A DNA stretch of 64,000 bases from the human T2T-CHM13v2.0 reference genome, Homo sapiens (GCF_009914755.1 NC_060943.1); one strand, 5' to 3'; positions 1-48,294 are shown, numbered from the stretch's first letter. Notes: generated from the letters alone by a model not told the origin. Made by a program: numbers and translations.

Positions 1-1370
1 TATGGTGTGAGATAAGGGTCTCATTTTACTGTGCTGCCTGTGGATATAGTTTTCTCAACAACATTTATTGAAGATACTGTTCTTTCCTTAAGAAATCATC
101 ACCTTTATTTAAAATCAGCTAGCTGTAAATACACAGATGTATTTCTGGTCTCTTTCTGCTCAATTGGCCTATATGTCTGTTTTTATTCAGTACCATACTG
201 TTTTAGTTACTATAGCTTTGTGGTATATTTCAGTCAAGTAGAGGGATATCTTCACTTTTTTTTTTTTAATTGCTTTGGCTATTTGGATCTTTTGTGGTAC
301 CATATGAATTTTAGATATACATTTTTAAACTTCTTTTTTTTTTTTTGAGACAAAGTCTCACTCTGTTGCCCAAGCTGGAGTGCAGTGGTGTGATCTCGGC
401 TCACTGCCACCTCTGCTTCCTGGGTTCAAGTGATTCTCCTGCCTCAGCCTCCTGAGTAGCTGGGATTACAGGCCCAACATGTGCGCACCATCACGCCCAA
501 CTAAGTTTTGTATTTTTAGTACAGATGGGGTTTCACGATGTTGGTCAGACTGGTCTCAAACTCCTTACCTCAAGATCTACCCACCTCAGCCTCCCAAAGT
601 GCTGAGATTACAGGCATGAGCCGCCATGCCCAGCCTACTTTTTAAAATTTCTATGAAGTATGTCACTGGTATTTTGATAGAGGTTGCATTATATCCATAG
701 ATCATTTTGTGTAATACAGATACTTAATTACTAATAATGCCAATTCATGAATGAATATTATTTTATGTGTATATTACTTAATTTGTTTAATGTTCTTTAG
801 AGTATAATGCAAGATGTTTCAACTTTTTGGTTATATTTATTTCAAAGCATAGTTACTAAAGTTAGATGGAATTGTTTTTTAATTTCGAGATAGTTATTGT
901 ATAGAAATGCTGCTTACTTTTGGATGTAGCTTATTTATTCTGAAAGTCTAATAACTTTGTTTATTAGTTCTAATAGTTTTTTGTAAAGTCTTAGGCTTTT
1001 CTATACTTCAGATGTTGTATAGAAATAAAAGATTATTATACAGGGATAATTTACATTCCTTTTTTCCAATCTGGATACTTTTGATTTTACTCTCTAATTT
1101 CTTTGTCTTGGATATTTAGTACTATGTTTAGTAAGACTGACTAGAGTGGGCATCCTTGTCTTGTTCTAGCTCTTAGAGTGAAAGCTTGCAACATATCCCT
1201 GTTTAGCATGTTATTAGCTGTGCATTTTTTGGTTATATGTGGCATTTATTGGCTGAGGTGCATTTGTTCCATACCTATTTTTTTCAGAGATTCATCATAA
1301 GGGAGTGTCAACTTTTGTCAAACTTTTCTTCTGCATCTATTTCTTTCTTTTTGTGCTTTGCATCTATTTA
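1..1370 (-). mobile_element. Old L1 (L1M) ORF2 fragment, with an AluS at ~333-636
   Basis: Antisense ORF2 text, e.g. GAGTGGGCATCCTTGTCTTGTTC and CTTTTCTTCTGCATCTATT. Confidence 0.8.
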
Positions 1371-1389
1371 AATGTTAGATTTGTGAAAT

Positions 1390-6500
<5,111 letters not shown>

Positions 6501-7019
6501 TGCTTTGGGCTATAACAACATCACATTTTTCTAGCTCTTGGTTAATAGCTGAAATTAGGGGTGAAAGACAAGGAATTATATCCCCTTTGGGCATGGGGTG
6601 AATGTTTCTATTCCAGGTCACCCCAAATTTTATGAGCTAACATCTATAAAAGCTCTTGGCCTATAGCCCAAGGTTTTCTTCTCAAGTATGCAGTTAAAAT
6701 AAATGACTCTACATCTTTATTTTTTATTAACTGTACGTTAGACTATAGAGTTAATTTGTCACTCTGCTCTTTGGGGAATAAATATTAGTATACAACCTGT
6801 ATTACTTTAATAAAGAAATTATTTCTTTAGTTTTGATTCTTCAGGATGATTCAATTCCCTGGTGAGAGAATAACTTACTTATTAAGGTAATAGATGTAGG
6901 GAAGACTCATTACTCTTGACCAACATCTCCCCCACCACCAGCCCCAGGCAATCATCATTCTACACTTTGCTTTTATTAGTTTGAATTTTTTAATATTCTA
7001 CATAGAAATGAGATAATGT

Positions 7020-15990
<8,971 letters not shown>

Positions 15991-16207
15991 CAGCAGTGCT
16001 TTACTTGTAATTATTTTATTCCTGCTGCCGTCTCCTCTTTCTTTGGCCACTATCTGTTCCACCCCCGGAACGGAAGAGAGATGTTGGTAGGGAGAGGCTC
16101 TTCCTTCACCTCTGGCAGAAAAGGTTTGCTTGGGCCCTTCACACCGCTGACATCAGAGCTGCACTTCAATGTGGCAGTTATTGGCCATGTGTGGCGCCTG
16201 GTCTGAA

Positions 16208-16430
16208 GTGCGATGCTAGAAAGGTAAAATACAGAGTTAGTTTCAAAGATTTAGTTCCAAATATTTATATACTTTATTAATAATTACATATTTCTCACAC
16301 ATTAAAATGAAAATTTTTTTGATATATTGGGTTAATTAAATTGTTACAATCAATTCAACCTGTTCTTGTTTCTTTTTCAAGTTTGGCTACTAGAAAACTT
16401 AAAATTCACATATGGCTCACATTTTATTTC
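16208..16430. mobile_element. MER33-like DNA transposon remnant upstream of the promoter
   Basis: GATATATTGGGTTAATTAAA...TGGCTACTAGAAAACTTAAAATT...TGGCTCACATT. Confidence 0.55.
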
Positions 16431-16754
16431 AGAGGATTACCTCCTTTCTAAAATCTCAGCCTGCCTGCTCAAAGACCAGAAAGAAGCCAGGAAGGTCATA
16501 AAATCTGAAATTTTAAAATAATTGTTATTATAAAATTATATTTTTTCCTTTGTGAAGAGCCATATATTATTTATAAATGCATATGACTTTACACACAAGT
16601 TTAAAGGCAAATTCCCTCTGGGGTGGGCCTGGCTCAGCTCTGGGAGGAAGCCCTGCCTGAGAAGGCTGCAGCCTAGGCTGTCACCCTTTCTTCACTCAGC
16701 CCAGCAACTGATCACATCTTCTGTCACTCAGGGCACGAGAAGGTGGGGTTTTAA

Positions 16755-16845
16755 AAGTTATCCAATCAGCGACGCTGGGTTGGGAACCGTCCAATCAGGC
16801 CTGCAGCTGGAGCGGACAGGACGGCTTCGGGGATGTGGCGGGGCC
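16755..16845 (+). promoter_or_regulatory. ZNF714: TATA-less KRAB-ZNF core promoter: two CCAAT boxes plus GC box
   Basis: CCAATCAG at 16762 and 16791 (29 bp apart, NF-Y-like spacing) and GTGGCGGGGC at 16835. These lie at the start of the CpG-rich stretch (~16730-17330), just upstream of the family-typical leader GGCCTTTGTCTCTCGCTGCAG. Confidence 0.8.
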
Positions 16846-16994
16846 TTTGTCTCTCGCTGCAGCTGGAGCTGCAGGTCTCGCCTTCACTGCCCTGTGTCCT
16901 CTGCTCGCAGAGGCCCAGCCTCTGTGGCCCTGTGACCTGCAGGTATTGAGAGATCCACAGCTAAGACGCCAGGTACCCCGGAAGCCTAGAAATG
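16845..16994 (+). other. ZNF714: Exon 1 (5' leader ending in the ancestral ATG at 16992-16994); TSS approximate
   Basis: Ends GGAAGCCTAGAAATG|GTGAGA, the ZNF91-family exon 1 end (GSLEM) with a canonical GT donor at 16995. The upstream 'MPGTP' start is ACG (16966) and out of frame by 1 nt. Confidence 0.88.
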
Positions 16995-17145
16995 GTGAGA
17001 GTGCCGGGTCTGACATCCCGAGAGAGGGGAAGGGGCTGGTTGTAAGCGGTGGGAAGTGGCTGTGGTGGGACTTAGGCCTCCCCGCAGTCAACTCTACAAT
17101 CTGCGCCCGGAGTTCTCCTTGCTCAGCTCGGCCTCAGTCCCCTTC

Positions 17146-17165
17146 AGCCATAAGATGGCGGCTGC
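17146..17165 (+). promoter_or_regulatory. YY1 consensus site in the intron 1 CpG-rich region
   Basis: AAGATGGCGGC at 17152-17162, preceded by an inverted CAGCCAT half-site. Confidence 0.6.
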
Positions 17166-17714
17166 GCTGACTGCGGGATCCCGGGCGTCCTGTCTTTTCC
17201 CTGCGCAGTGACGGGGCCCTGACCTGGAGTCCTCTCAGGGCAGCTCTGGACCCTCAGCGGCGCGTCTCTCCCGGATTGTGCAGGGACCACTGGAGGGTCC
17301 CCGGGGGAGAATCCTGACTCGGGGTGCGGGTTTATGAATGGGAAGAGCTTTGGTCCGTGGGGTTCCAGTTCCTCTTCTGTTGAAAATGTATGGGAGTCAC
17401 CGTTAAAACACTAAAGCATTTAATCAAAGCGTGATTCAAAAATTGTGGAGCACCCAGCTGTGGTTTGTAATTTATGGTTTATGGGCGGGGCTTGAAGTAA
17501 AGACTTTTATAAACAGCATGATGAAGAAAACCAAATTCAGTAATTGGTTAGGTTCAGATACATAGTTTCTTAATTTGTAAAATAAAGGTGAAAATTTCCT
17601 GGTTATGTAGTTAGATGTTAATTGGCAGTTTATAGTTGGTTAAGGATGAATTTTGTTTCTCTCAATGTAGTAATTTACTAAAAATGCACCTCAGTTAGAT
17701 TTTTTTTTTTTTAA

Positions 17715-17822
<108 letters not shown>

Positions 17823-18635
17823 TAGCTGGGATTACAGGCATGCGCCACCACGCCCGTCTAATTTTGTGGTTTTAGTAGAGACGGGTTTCTGCATGTTGGT
17901 CAGGCTGGTCTCGAACTCCCGACCTCAGGTGATCTGCCCTCCACGGCCTCCCCAAAGTGCTGGGATTACAGGCGTGAGCCACCGCGCCCAGCCAGATTTT
18001 TTTAAAAGTAGGAATCCAGGGACTAGAGACACCTCAGTCTAATTTCCCGCCGCTTAATTATTTTCACACTCCATGGGGAACTGATTTTCTGGTGCATTTT
18101 TCAACTGTGTCCCAAGCACTGTCTTAAATCTAACCTCCCGTCCCCCATATCTCCAGCCTCACTCTGGCTTGCAGTAAGATATTAAATTTCCAGTTCCTCC
18201 TGGCATTCCCTAATGCCAGCTTTTCCTCCCTAATTCACGTTATCACCTGTTTGTCTTTTAGTGTACTTTTGTATACCATATTTTAATTAATTATTTTTTG
18301 ACAAAGCTTTAAATGACGCTTTTTAAAAGGTTTGTTACCTGTTTGTAACTTTCCCATGAGAAGAAAGCAAAGAATAATCCCCTGACACTGTATTGTAAAA
18401 TTTCTCTGTGCCTCTTCTCCTTGTATCTTCTCTAGGTACAAAGATCTTGTCAGAATGTTTTTGGGTCAAGGTATTCCTTTGAAACCTTTATGAGGTGATG
18501 TGTCCTCAGCCACCCTTTAGTTTTTTTCTGGTCGTGGGTTTCAGTACTGTCTGGGGATCAACCAAGATATCCACCATGGTTATGTCAGCTAAAGTGCCTA
18601 GTGAATATCAGCTTCTGGTTTATTTTCTTCCATAG

Positions 18636-18727
18636 GGCGACCTGAGGTCTGGAGTGTATCCTCTCAAGGGAGCAAGTGGATCCCTGGGGCAGAGAGGAAG
18701 CTTCTAGTGTACTCTTACTTTGAAAAG
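18636..18727 (+). other. ZNF714: Exon 2 (92 nt; frameshifted homolog of the ZNF431-type 'DDLKYGVYP...SYFEK' exon; carries the uORF stop)
   Basis: Acceptor ttttcttccatAG|GGC and donor GAAAAG|GTAATC. It reads GDLRSGVYPLKGASG, then a 1-nt shift gives PGAERKLLVYSYFEK. The exon 1 ATG frame stops at TAG 18705-18707. Confidence 0.85.
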
Positions 18728-19356
18728 GTAATCAGATGCTGGTACTGAGGGGAAAACACAGAAATAACATCTGCCTCCTGGATTGTCTAAGGGGTAGAAA
18801 TATAATGAAATAAATGTAGTGAAAGAAAAAATAGTGTTAAAAAGAAAAAAAAATTGTGACAGAAAAAATAGTATCCCAAAAGACCAAAAAAGAAAAAAAA
18901 AATCAAGCAAACAAACAAAAAACACAAAAAACCTGACTCCAGCAGTCAGGATTTTTTCCAGCAGTTCCATTAGCACTTAAGTTTTCCCTTTTGGAGAAGA
19001 AAAAGATCCCCATGTCCTATGGTCTTGTAGATGCCTAATTCTGTCACCCATAGCCATCAGCAAGGTTAACTGAGATGGTGTAAGAGCTTGCAAAGTAAAA
19101 TGCCTCTGGAGCAGCCACCGAGAAATACTGCAGTGTCTCCTGAATGGGTGCTTCTTGAGCACATAAGTGAGTAGGAGTGGGTGGAAGAATCTCTCAAGTG
19201 ACTGAATAGCCTGACTTGAAACATGAGTCACACACATCTGTTATTTAACCATCATTGCCACTTCTGGATTTGTCACCTTGAAGAGATTTGTTCACTTATT
19301 TTGACCTCAGTTTTTTAGCTGTAAATTGCATTATATTAGTAGGGCTTGAAAGGTAG

Positions 19357-19602
<246 letters not shown>

Positions 19603-20898
19603 TAAAAGAGATGGGTTTTAGAAAAAGAAATTAATGCTTAATTATATATTCCATTTGTTAAAAATTCTCATTTACCTTTTTCTTTCCCAGAGTGAGTTTA
19701 AAAGGTTTCTCAGGTGTGTTTGTTTTTTATGGCTAGGTGAATTCAAACAGAATTTCAAGGCTCAGCTTTTAGAATGCTAGCTACCGAGGAAAAGAATAGG
19801 GAAAATCTCTATTCTATTTTGGCTGTAGAAAATGAATACATGTCCATAAGAAAATGTGGTAGATAATTGGTGAGTAAACATAGATTCATGAAAACATCAG
19901 TTGCTCTATCTGCAGGATAGGATTTTTGACAGTGAATATCTGTGTTCACATCCTGTTATCTTGATTTCTGAGTTTCATGCTACATTTTATGAGATGAAAC
20001 TTGGTACCACCTAGAAGTGTTCCCATATGACTAATTGTTTACTACATGATTTTTAATGAAAACAATACAATAATAGATATATTTTCATAAAGGAGTAGAT
20101 ACTTTTGCTTTTTTTATTGAGGTATAAAATGTAAGTACCTTAAAATTTCCTTCCCTTATATGAACACTGTGTTTGAGTAATTTTGCTGGATTTTTCAAAC
20201 ACGTAGTTTCAAAAACCAAGTGAGTAACTCTAACATGGAAACTAAAGCTTGAGCCCAGTGTCTCAGAGCTAAGGCTAATATTGAGCCTACAAAAGGAGGT
20301 TATTAAAGGACCAGCTAGTTTATTTATGGGGGATGCTCCCCTGCAGATGTCCAGTCTGCTCACCCCAGCCATGGAAGAAGCCTTTCTGCTGACAGAGCCC
20401 TGGAAAGCTGGGGACCCACAGGCAAATGCAGTTAAGGTTAAGATGAAAGGGGACTGAGAGGGTCTTACTGATGATAAAGTTGTTATTGTTTTGAGGCAGT
20501 TTCTAGGCTTTGGAATATCAAACAAAGTTAGGTTTATGTAAAAAAAAAAAAAAAGAATTCCAAAGGAGTATTGCAACAGGAAAAAGTACCAACTATAAAA
20601 ATTTTAAGGATTGCATAGTTTAGGCCAACAAGGGCTTTCTTTCCTAGGGAGCAGCAAACAAGATTAGAAAGAAGGCAGGAGAGCAATGGCAAATGAAGGG
20701 TGAAAAGTCAGATTTTAAATCAGAGAATGTTTTACCATGAAATCAGCATGTTCTTAGAAGAGACATAAAATGAGATTTTATGTTGACTCAGACTGAGAAT
20801 AGTTTAAAGTTCTGGGGCCTGTGAAAAATTTTATTTAGACCACTGAAGACAAATTCAGCTGAATCTTTTAATGGGAAAAAGAAGAAAATGTGCAGAGT

Positions 20899-26163
<5,265 letters not shown>

Positions 26164-26283
26164 GAATCTGTGTCTGGCTATGTGATAAATAAGAAAAGAG
26201 AGCACCATCTAAGTCATAATGGGAAGGGTGTTTCTTTCCATAAACTATTTCTAGAGAACACAAAGGATGAAGGATTTTATTAA

Positions 26284-26680
26284 TCACAGCTATTTACCCA
26301 GATTATGTATGTGCTTCATTGTTCCCCACCTCTTTTCTTTGTCATGTACATTTCTTCCATTTGACTTTTCCTGGGTTGTACTTTTTATAATAAACTAGTA
26401 AACATAACTACAGTGTTTTGCTGAGTTCTGTGAGTAGCTTGATCTAATTATTGAACTTGAGGAAGTTTGTAGGAGTCCCCAGTTTTTAAACAGTAGCTCA
26501 GAAGCATAGATAGGCCTATGCGGTTTGTGACTGGCATCTACAATGAGGGCAATGTTGTGAGACTAAGCCCTGAATCAGGGTCTGTGCTGACTCTGGGTGG
26601 TGTCAGAATTCAAATGTTAGACATTGAGTTGCTGTTGGAGAATTGCTTGGTATTAAGCTAACTCTACAGATTTGGTGCCA
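26284..26680 (+). mobile_element. MER21-like LTR fragment
   Basis: TAATAAACTAGTAAAC...CTGAGTTCTGTGAGTAGC...GGTGTCAGAATT; recognised by recall only. Confidence 0.5.
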
Positions 26681-27229
26681 GAAGAAAGATATCACAGAGG
26701 CCTGTCCTGGAATAAAACTCTTGGTATCTGGAAATGGGAGGCTCTGCTCTCCTGTACACAGGCTTTCACACTGCCCATTGTCCTGGGATCCCAGGCCTCC
26801 TCCCAGGGTGAGAGAGGATGAAAACTTAGAGGAAAGGAGCTCTGATGACAGACCCCCTTTTCCCACAGCTGCCACCACAGGATTCCCACCCACTCCCAAA
26901 CATGCCCACTAGACATTGACATGTGCACACCACTCCCAGGACTAGGCACCACCCTCAGGAATTTCACCACAGCATTGTTGATTTTAGTGTTTCTTGACAA
27001 AAAGCCACAAAAGTGTCAAGTCTCCTGGCATATCCCAACCCCCAGACAGTGAATCTGCAGCAGCAAACTATTTTCCCCAGCAACCTAGAGTTCTGGGCCT
27101 CCTGTTCCTAATCTCATTTAACTGCATGGGCACAGAAATAAATCAGAGTCCAGCCCCACCTGGGCCACTATCTGTAAAACAAAAACTCCGTCCACTTACA
27201 TTGCATTCTTCCCCACGCATGGATTTTTT

Positions 27230-30570
<3,341 letters not shown>

Positions 30571-31480
30571 TGTAGATACGTGTGGTAAGACAGTGAAACT
30601 CCAGGGCCTCATATGACTCTATGGTGAGGCCAGAATCAAGTATGAAGGCTTCAAGATACATTCCTGAGAGTTAAGTGCCACATTTGCACTAAAGGGTGGC
30701 TTCAGGACCTGTTCTGTTTGGGTTTGGTAGGGACAGGGCAGTGGCCCATATTTTCATATTTTCATTACTGTAGTAGAAATTGTTGGTGTCTGTGGCAGGG
30801 GAGGGCACCTGTGGACGGTAAAAGAGGAACATATATTTTTATTTCCGTGGAGCAACTCATTGTTCCTGAATCTCTTCTGTTATAAAGGAGAAAGATGAGT
30901 GGACTTTTTGGTCTTGGTCCTTCTGTCTGTGAGTGTGAGGCTAGTAGGTAAGCAGCAGGTGGTGCTGATGCCTTTAAGGGACTTGTCTCAAGATGCAGGT
31001 GTTACTTGTCCAGAGAATTTTATCTGAAAAGGATTTCTAGAGGAGGAGAAAGAGGAAAAATGCTTCTTTTCAGCTAAACATATCTCAGATCAAGAGCTGT
31101 GTCCACTCTGCCTCCTGGAGTGCCATGAGTTTAGTACTTGCAAACCTTTACTTCTCTACTTCTGTTTTCCCTCCCCAATGATTTTGTTTCACATACTTTT
31201 AAAAATTCTTGTGATAGTCAAGGATCTCTAAAAAATATTTCTATCCTATGTACGAGAGCCTTCTCTACATCATGGCTTCTTATATGCAATGCAGAATTCC
31301 TACCATGAATTTATGATCTGCCATATTAAAAGTGTTCCTTTTGTGGCTGCTGAACATGGGAAGATGTGGATACTCAAGATTCCTATTGGGGGAAAGCTGG
31401 GGTCCTTAGTAAAGATGGAGAACATATAATGTTGAGGTGTCGCTTGTGTTCTCCATTAGCTCTATGCAGAACAGGATTAA

Positions 31481-31726
<246 letters not shown>

Positions 31727-32806
31727 TAGCCAGGATGGTCTTGATCTCCTGACATCATGATCCGCCTGCCTCAGCCTCCCAAAGTGCTGGGATTACAGGT
31801 GTGAGCCACCACGCCCGGCCTGTTCAGGATAGCATTTATTACCCAGGAAGTTCTGGAGAAAATTATTCAGAGATACCTGCTTTCTAGGATGCTAAAGAAA
31901 GGACTACTTAAAATCATTACTAAAAATTATAGAACATGGGAGATATCTTGACCTTCGCATAAAACTGATTTTTTCTTTATGGTTAAATTCAGTCTATAAT
32001 TGACTTTTTGAGGGGCAATATCTCAGCAGTGATGTTGTGTTCTTCTTTGTGCATCAGCACATCATAAAAATTTATTCTAGTGTTGTTGATGTTAATAATT
32101 TGCTTGGTTAAAGAGCTCTCTGACTTTTTTTCACTATAGAGTTAATTGTTTTTCTCTTTATTGTTAAGTATCTTTATGTAGCTAATAAACTATCACATTT
32201 AATCTGGCACCTGCCCTTTTTTCTTAGGTTTTTTTGTTTGTTTTTTGCACATATGTGTCTTTGGAAAATGAAGGCTCTTATCTTTGTTTACAGACCAAAA
32301 AAGTTGGGAAAAACACAATCTCTTTCACTTACTGAATGTCTGACAAAATAGTCTTCTGGGGTCAAAAACATTGGCATTGCTAGTAACCTTGTTAGAATTT
32401 TAAAAACTCAGACTTTATTCCAGATCTTCTGGGGAAAAAAAAAAAAAGCTTCACAACAGGATCTCCAGTTTATTGTACATATTTAAATTTGAGAGGTACC
32501 ATCTAACTCAACATGTCTTTTTTTGTCTGAAAAATATACACAACTCATTATGATGTAAATATAGCACTCAAAAATGTATACGTTTGTGTCCTTAATTATA
32601 TTCTTTATCATCCAGAAAAGTATTATATATGCACTGGTGTTGTGGATCTTATGCCATTCTCTGCCCTCAGAGTAATACATTAGAGAATATTTCTGTGTTA
32701 AAAATTATTGGATAATTTCAGTTATTCTTATAAGTCAACCAATTCTCTTTACTCTCTCATTTCACCTTAATTCAAATAATAAATTCTGCCCATGGCCACT
32801 TGGTAA

Positions 32807-32986
<180 letters not shown>

Positions 32987-33435
32987 TAAGTCTTAATATA
33001 CCCTAAACGTTTTATGTCTCTTTTTTTGTAGAATTTTCTTTGGTAATTTATGCTTTGTATAAATGAGTTTCTGATCCCAGTTTTCAAGAAAATCTTGATG
33101 ATTTGTCTCTGTAGAAAAGAATTTCTTCAACATGTTTCATCCTGACCTGAACTTTCCACATTCCTGAGCTGATCTGCATCCTTCACTCTAGATTAGTGGT
33201 AATTCCAGAAATTTGGTGGCATAAAATATTGCCCGTATCTTAAAATCTATTTTCCACTGTCAATTTTTGATTCATGAGTACCAGGTAGTGAAATTAAGGA
33301 CCTACAAATTTAAAATATTTTCTAAATAGTTAGAGATGTGTCTCATTAATTAGTATTTTAGGATTAATTTTCTAAAATATTCTATTATATCCTTTTTACT
33401 GAGCACAGTACTAGGTTGGTAACTAGAGAATATAA

Positions 33436-33570
<135 letters not shown>

Positions 33571-33819
33571 TGAGAGTGAACACAACAGATGACACAGATG
33601 AGAGGTACAAAGGTAAAAAAAAAAAAAAAAGCAAGCCGGCCCTTACAATGTGATTTGGGAAGCTGTTTTGCAAAGTATATAGTTTCTGGGAAGACTGAAT
33701 ATTTTCTTAAAATTTTCTCTCACTAAAGGGCATCTTCTGTCTTATGCTTTTAAATTCTCTAAGAATTTTCCTTTTCCTTGGGTGAACACACAAATATCTG
33801 CATAATTTTGAAAAACACT

Positions 33820-44150
<10,331 letters not shown>

Positions 44151-47100
44151 TTTTTAAATAAGTAGTTTAATTAATTTATATTTAAAATGACTGCTTAAAG
44201 ATATAAAGTTACTATTACCAGTTTCATTGTTGTTTTTTTTTTAATTTAATTTAATGTAATTTAATTTTATTTCAGGATACATGTGCAGGATGTGAAGGTT
44301 TGTTACATAAGTAAACGTGTGCCATGGTGGTTTGCTGCACTTATTAACCCCTCACCTCGGTGTTAAGCCCTGCATGCATTAGCTATTTATCCTGATTCTC
44401 TCCCTCCCCTGCAACAGGCCCCAGTGTGTGTTGTTTCCCCCCATATGTCCATGTGTTCTTATTGTTCAGTTTCCACTTATAAGTGAGAACATGTCGTGTT
44501 TGGTTTTCTGTTCCTGTGTTAGTTTGCTGAAAATAATGGCTTCCAGCTCCATCTCTGTCTTTGCAAAGTACATGATGTTGTTCCTTTTTTATGGCTGCAT
44601 AGTAGTCTATGGTGCATACGTACCACGTTTTCTTTATCCAGTCTGTCACAGATGGGCATTTGGGTTGATGCCATGTCTTTGCTATTGTGAATTGTGCTGC
44701 AGTGAAGATACACATCCATGTATCTTTACAGTAGAATGATTTATATTCCTTTGGTATATACCCAGTATAATGGGATCGTTGGGTCCAATAGTATATCTGG
44801 TTCTAGGTCTTTGAGGAATCGCCATACTGGCTTTCACAATGGTTGAACTAATTTACATTCCCACCAAAAGTATAAAAGCATTTCTATTTCTCCATAGCCT
44901 CACCAACATCTGTTGTTTCTTGGCTTTTTAGTAATCACCATTTTGATGGCATGAAATGGTATCTCATTGTAGTTTTGATTTGCATTTGTTTAATGATCAC
45001 TGATGTTGAGCTTTTTTTCATGTTTTATTGGCCACATAAATGTCTTCTTTTGAGGCGTGTTTCTTCTTGTTCTTTGCTTACTTTTTAATGAGGTTGTTTG
45101 TTTTATTCTTGTAAATTTGTTTAAGTTCTTTGTAGACTCTGGATATTAACTTTTGTCAGATGGATAGATTGCAAAAATGTTCTCCCATTCTGTAGATTGT
45201 CTGTTCACTCTGACAATTTATTTTGCTGTGCAGAAGCTCTTTAATTAGATACCATTTGTCAATGTTTGCTTTTGTTGCAATTGCTTTTGACGCTTTCCTC
45301 ATGAAATCTTTGCCCATGCCTATGTCCTGAATGGTATTGCCTAAATTTTATTTTAGGGTTCTTGTAGTTTTGGGCTTCAAATTTAAGTTTTCAATTCATC
45401 TTGAGTTAATTTTTGTATAAGTGTAAGAAAGGGGGTCCAGTTTCAGTTTTCTGCCTATGGCTAGCTAGTTCTCCCAGCACCATTTATTAAAAGGGAATCC
45501 TTTTCCCATTTCTTGTTTTTGTCAGGTTTTTCAAAGATCAGATGGTTGTAGATATGCAGTCTTAGATTTCTGAGTTCTCTATTCTGTTCCATTGGTCTAT
45601 GTGTCTGTTTTTATAACAGTACCAGGCAGCTTTGGTTACTATAGCCTTCTAGTATAGTTTGAAGTTGGATATCATGATGCCTCCAGCTTTGTTCTTTTTG
45701 CTTAGGATTCTCTTGGCTATATGGGGTCTTTTGGGGTTTCATATGAATTTTAAAATAGTTTTTTTCTAATTCTGTGAAGAATATCAGTAGTAGTTTAGTC
45801 AGAATAGCATGGAATCTATAAATTACTTTGAGCAGTATGGCCATTTTTACAATATTGATTCTTTCTGTCTTTTTGTTTGTGTCCTCTCTGATTTTCTTGT
45901 GCAGCGGTTTGTAGTTCTCCTTGAAGAGGTCTATCACTTCCCTTGTTAGCTGTATTCCTTGGTACTTTATTCTCTTTGTAGCAGTTGTGAATGGGAGTTT
46001 ATTCATGATTTGGCTGTCTGCTTGTTTATGGTTGGTGTATTGAAATGCTTGTGATTTTTGCACATTGATTTTGTATCCTGAGACTTTGCTGAAGTTGCTT
46101 ATTAGATGAAGAAGCTTTTGGGCTGAGACAATGGGGCTTTCTAGATCTAGGATCATGCTGTCTGCAAACATGTCGTCTGCAAGCTTCTGCAGACAGAAGT
46201 TTGACTTCCTAATTGAATACTGCTTATTTATTTCTCTTGCCTGATTTCGCTGGCTGGAACTTCCAATACTATGTTAAATAGGAGTGGTGAGAGGGCATCC
46301 TTGTCTAGTGCTAGTTTTCAAGGGGAATGCTTCCAGTTTTTGCCCTTTTAGTATGATATTGGCTGTGAGTTTGTCATAGATAGTTCTTACTATTTTGATG
46401 TATGTTCCATGAATACCTAGTTTATTGAGAGTTTTTAACATGAAGGGATGTTGAATTTGATCGAAGGCCTTTTCTGCATCTATTGAGATAATCGTGTGGT
46501 TTTTGTCTTTAAATCTGTTTATGTGATGAATTATGTTTATCGATTTTTGTATGTTGAACTAGCCTTGCATCCCAGGAATAAAGCTGACTTGATTGTGGTG
46601 GATAAGCTTTTTAATGTGTTGCTAGATTCAGTTTGCAAGTATTTTATTGAGAATGTTTGTATTAATGTTTATCAGGGATATTGGCTTGAAGGTTTTTTTG
46701 TTTGTTTGTTTTTGTTATATCTCTGCCAGGTCTTGATATCAGGATGATGCTGGCCTCATAGAATGAGTTAAGGAGAGGCCCCTCCTTTTCTATCATTTGG
46801 AATAGTTTCAGAAGAAATGGTACTCTTTGTACCTCTGGTAGAATTTAGCTATAAATTCATCTGGCCCTGGACTTTTTATGGTTGGTAGGCTATTGGCTAT
46901 TTGTTACCGCCTCAATGTCAGAACTTGTTATAGGTCTATTCAGGGATTCAACTTCTTCCTGTTCAGACTTGAAAGGATGGATATGTCCAGCAGTTTATCC
47001 ATTTCTTCTAGATTTTCCAGTTTTTGTGCACAGAGGTGTTTATAGTGTTTTCTGAAAGTTGTTTTTATTTCTATGGGGTCAGTGGTGATATCCCCTTTAT

Positions 47101-47336
47101 CATTTTTTATTGTCTATTTCATTCATCTCTCTTTATAGCTAGTGTCTATTTTATTAATTTTGTCAAAAAAACAGCTCCTGGATTCATTGATTTTTTTTTT
47201 TGAACGGTTTTTTTGTGTCTCTGTGTCCTTCACTTCCAGTCTGAATCTGGTTATTTCTTGTCTTCTGCTAGCTTTAAGGTTTGTTTGCTCTTGGTTTTCT
47301 CGTTCTTTTAGTTGTGATGTTAGGGTGTCCATTTGA

Positions 47337-47905
<569 letters not shown>

Positions 47906-48009
47906 GCCAGCCTCTGATTTAATTTTATTATTTAGCCAGAAGTCATTCAGTAGCAGGTTGCTCAATTTCCATGTAGTTGTGTGGTTTTGAGTGAGTTTCT
48001 TACTCGTGA

Positions 48010-48294
<285 letters not shown>

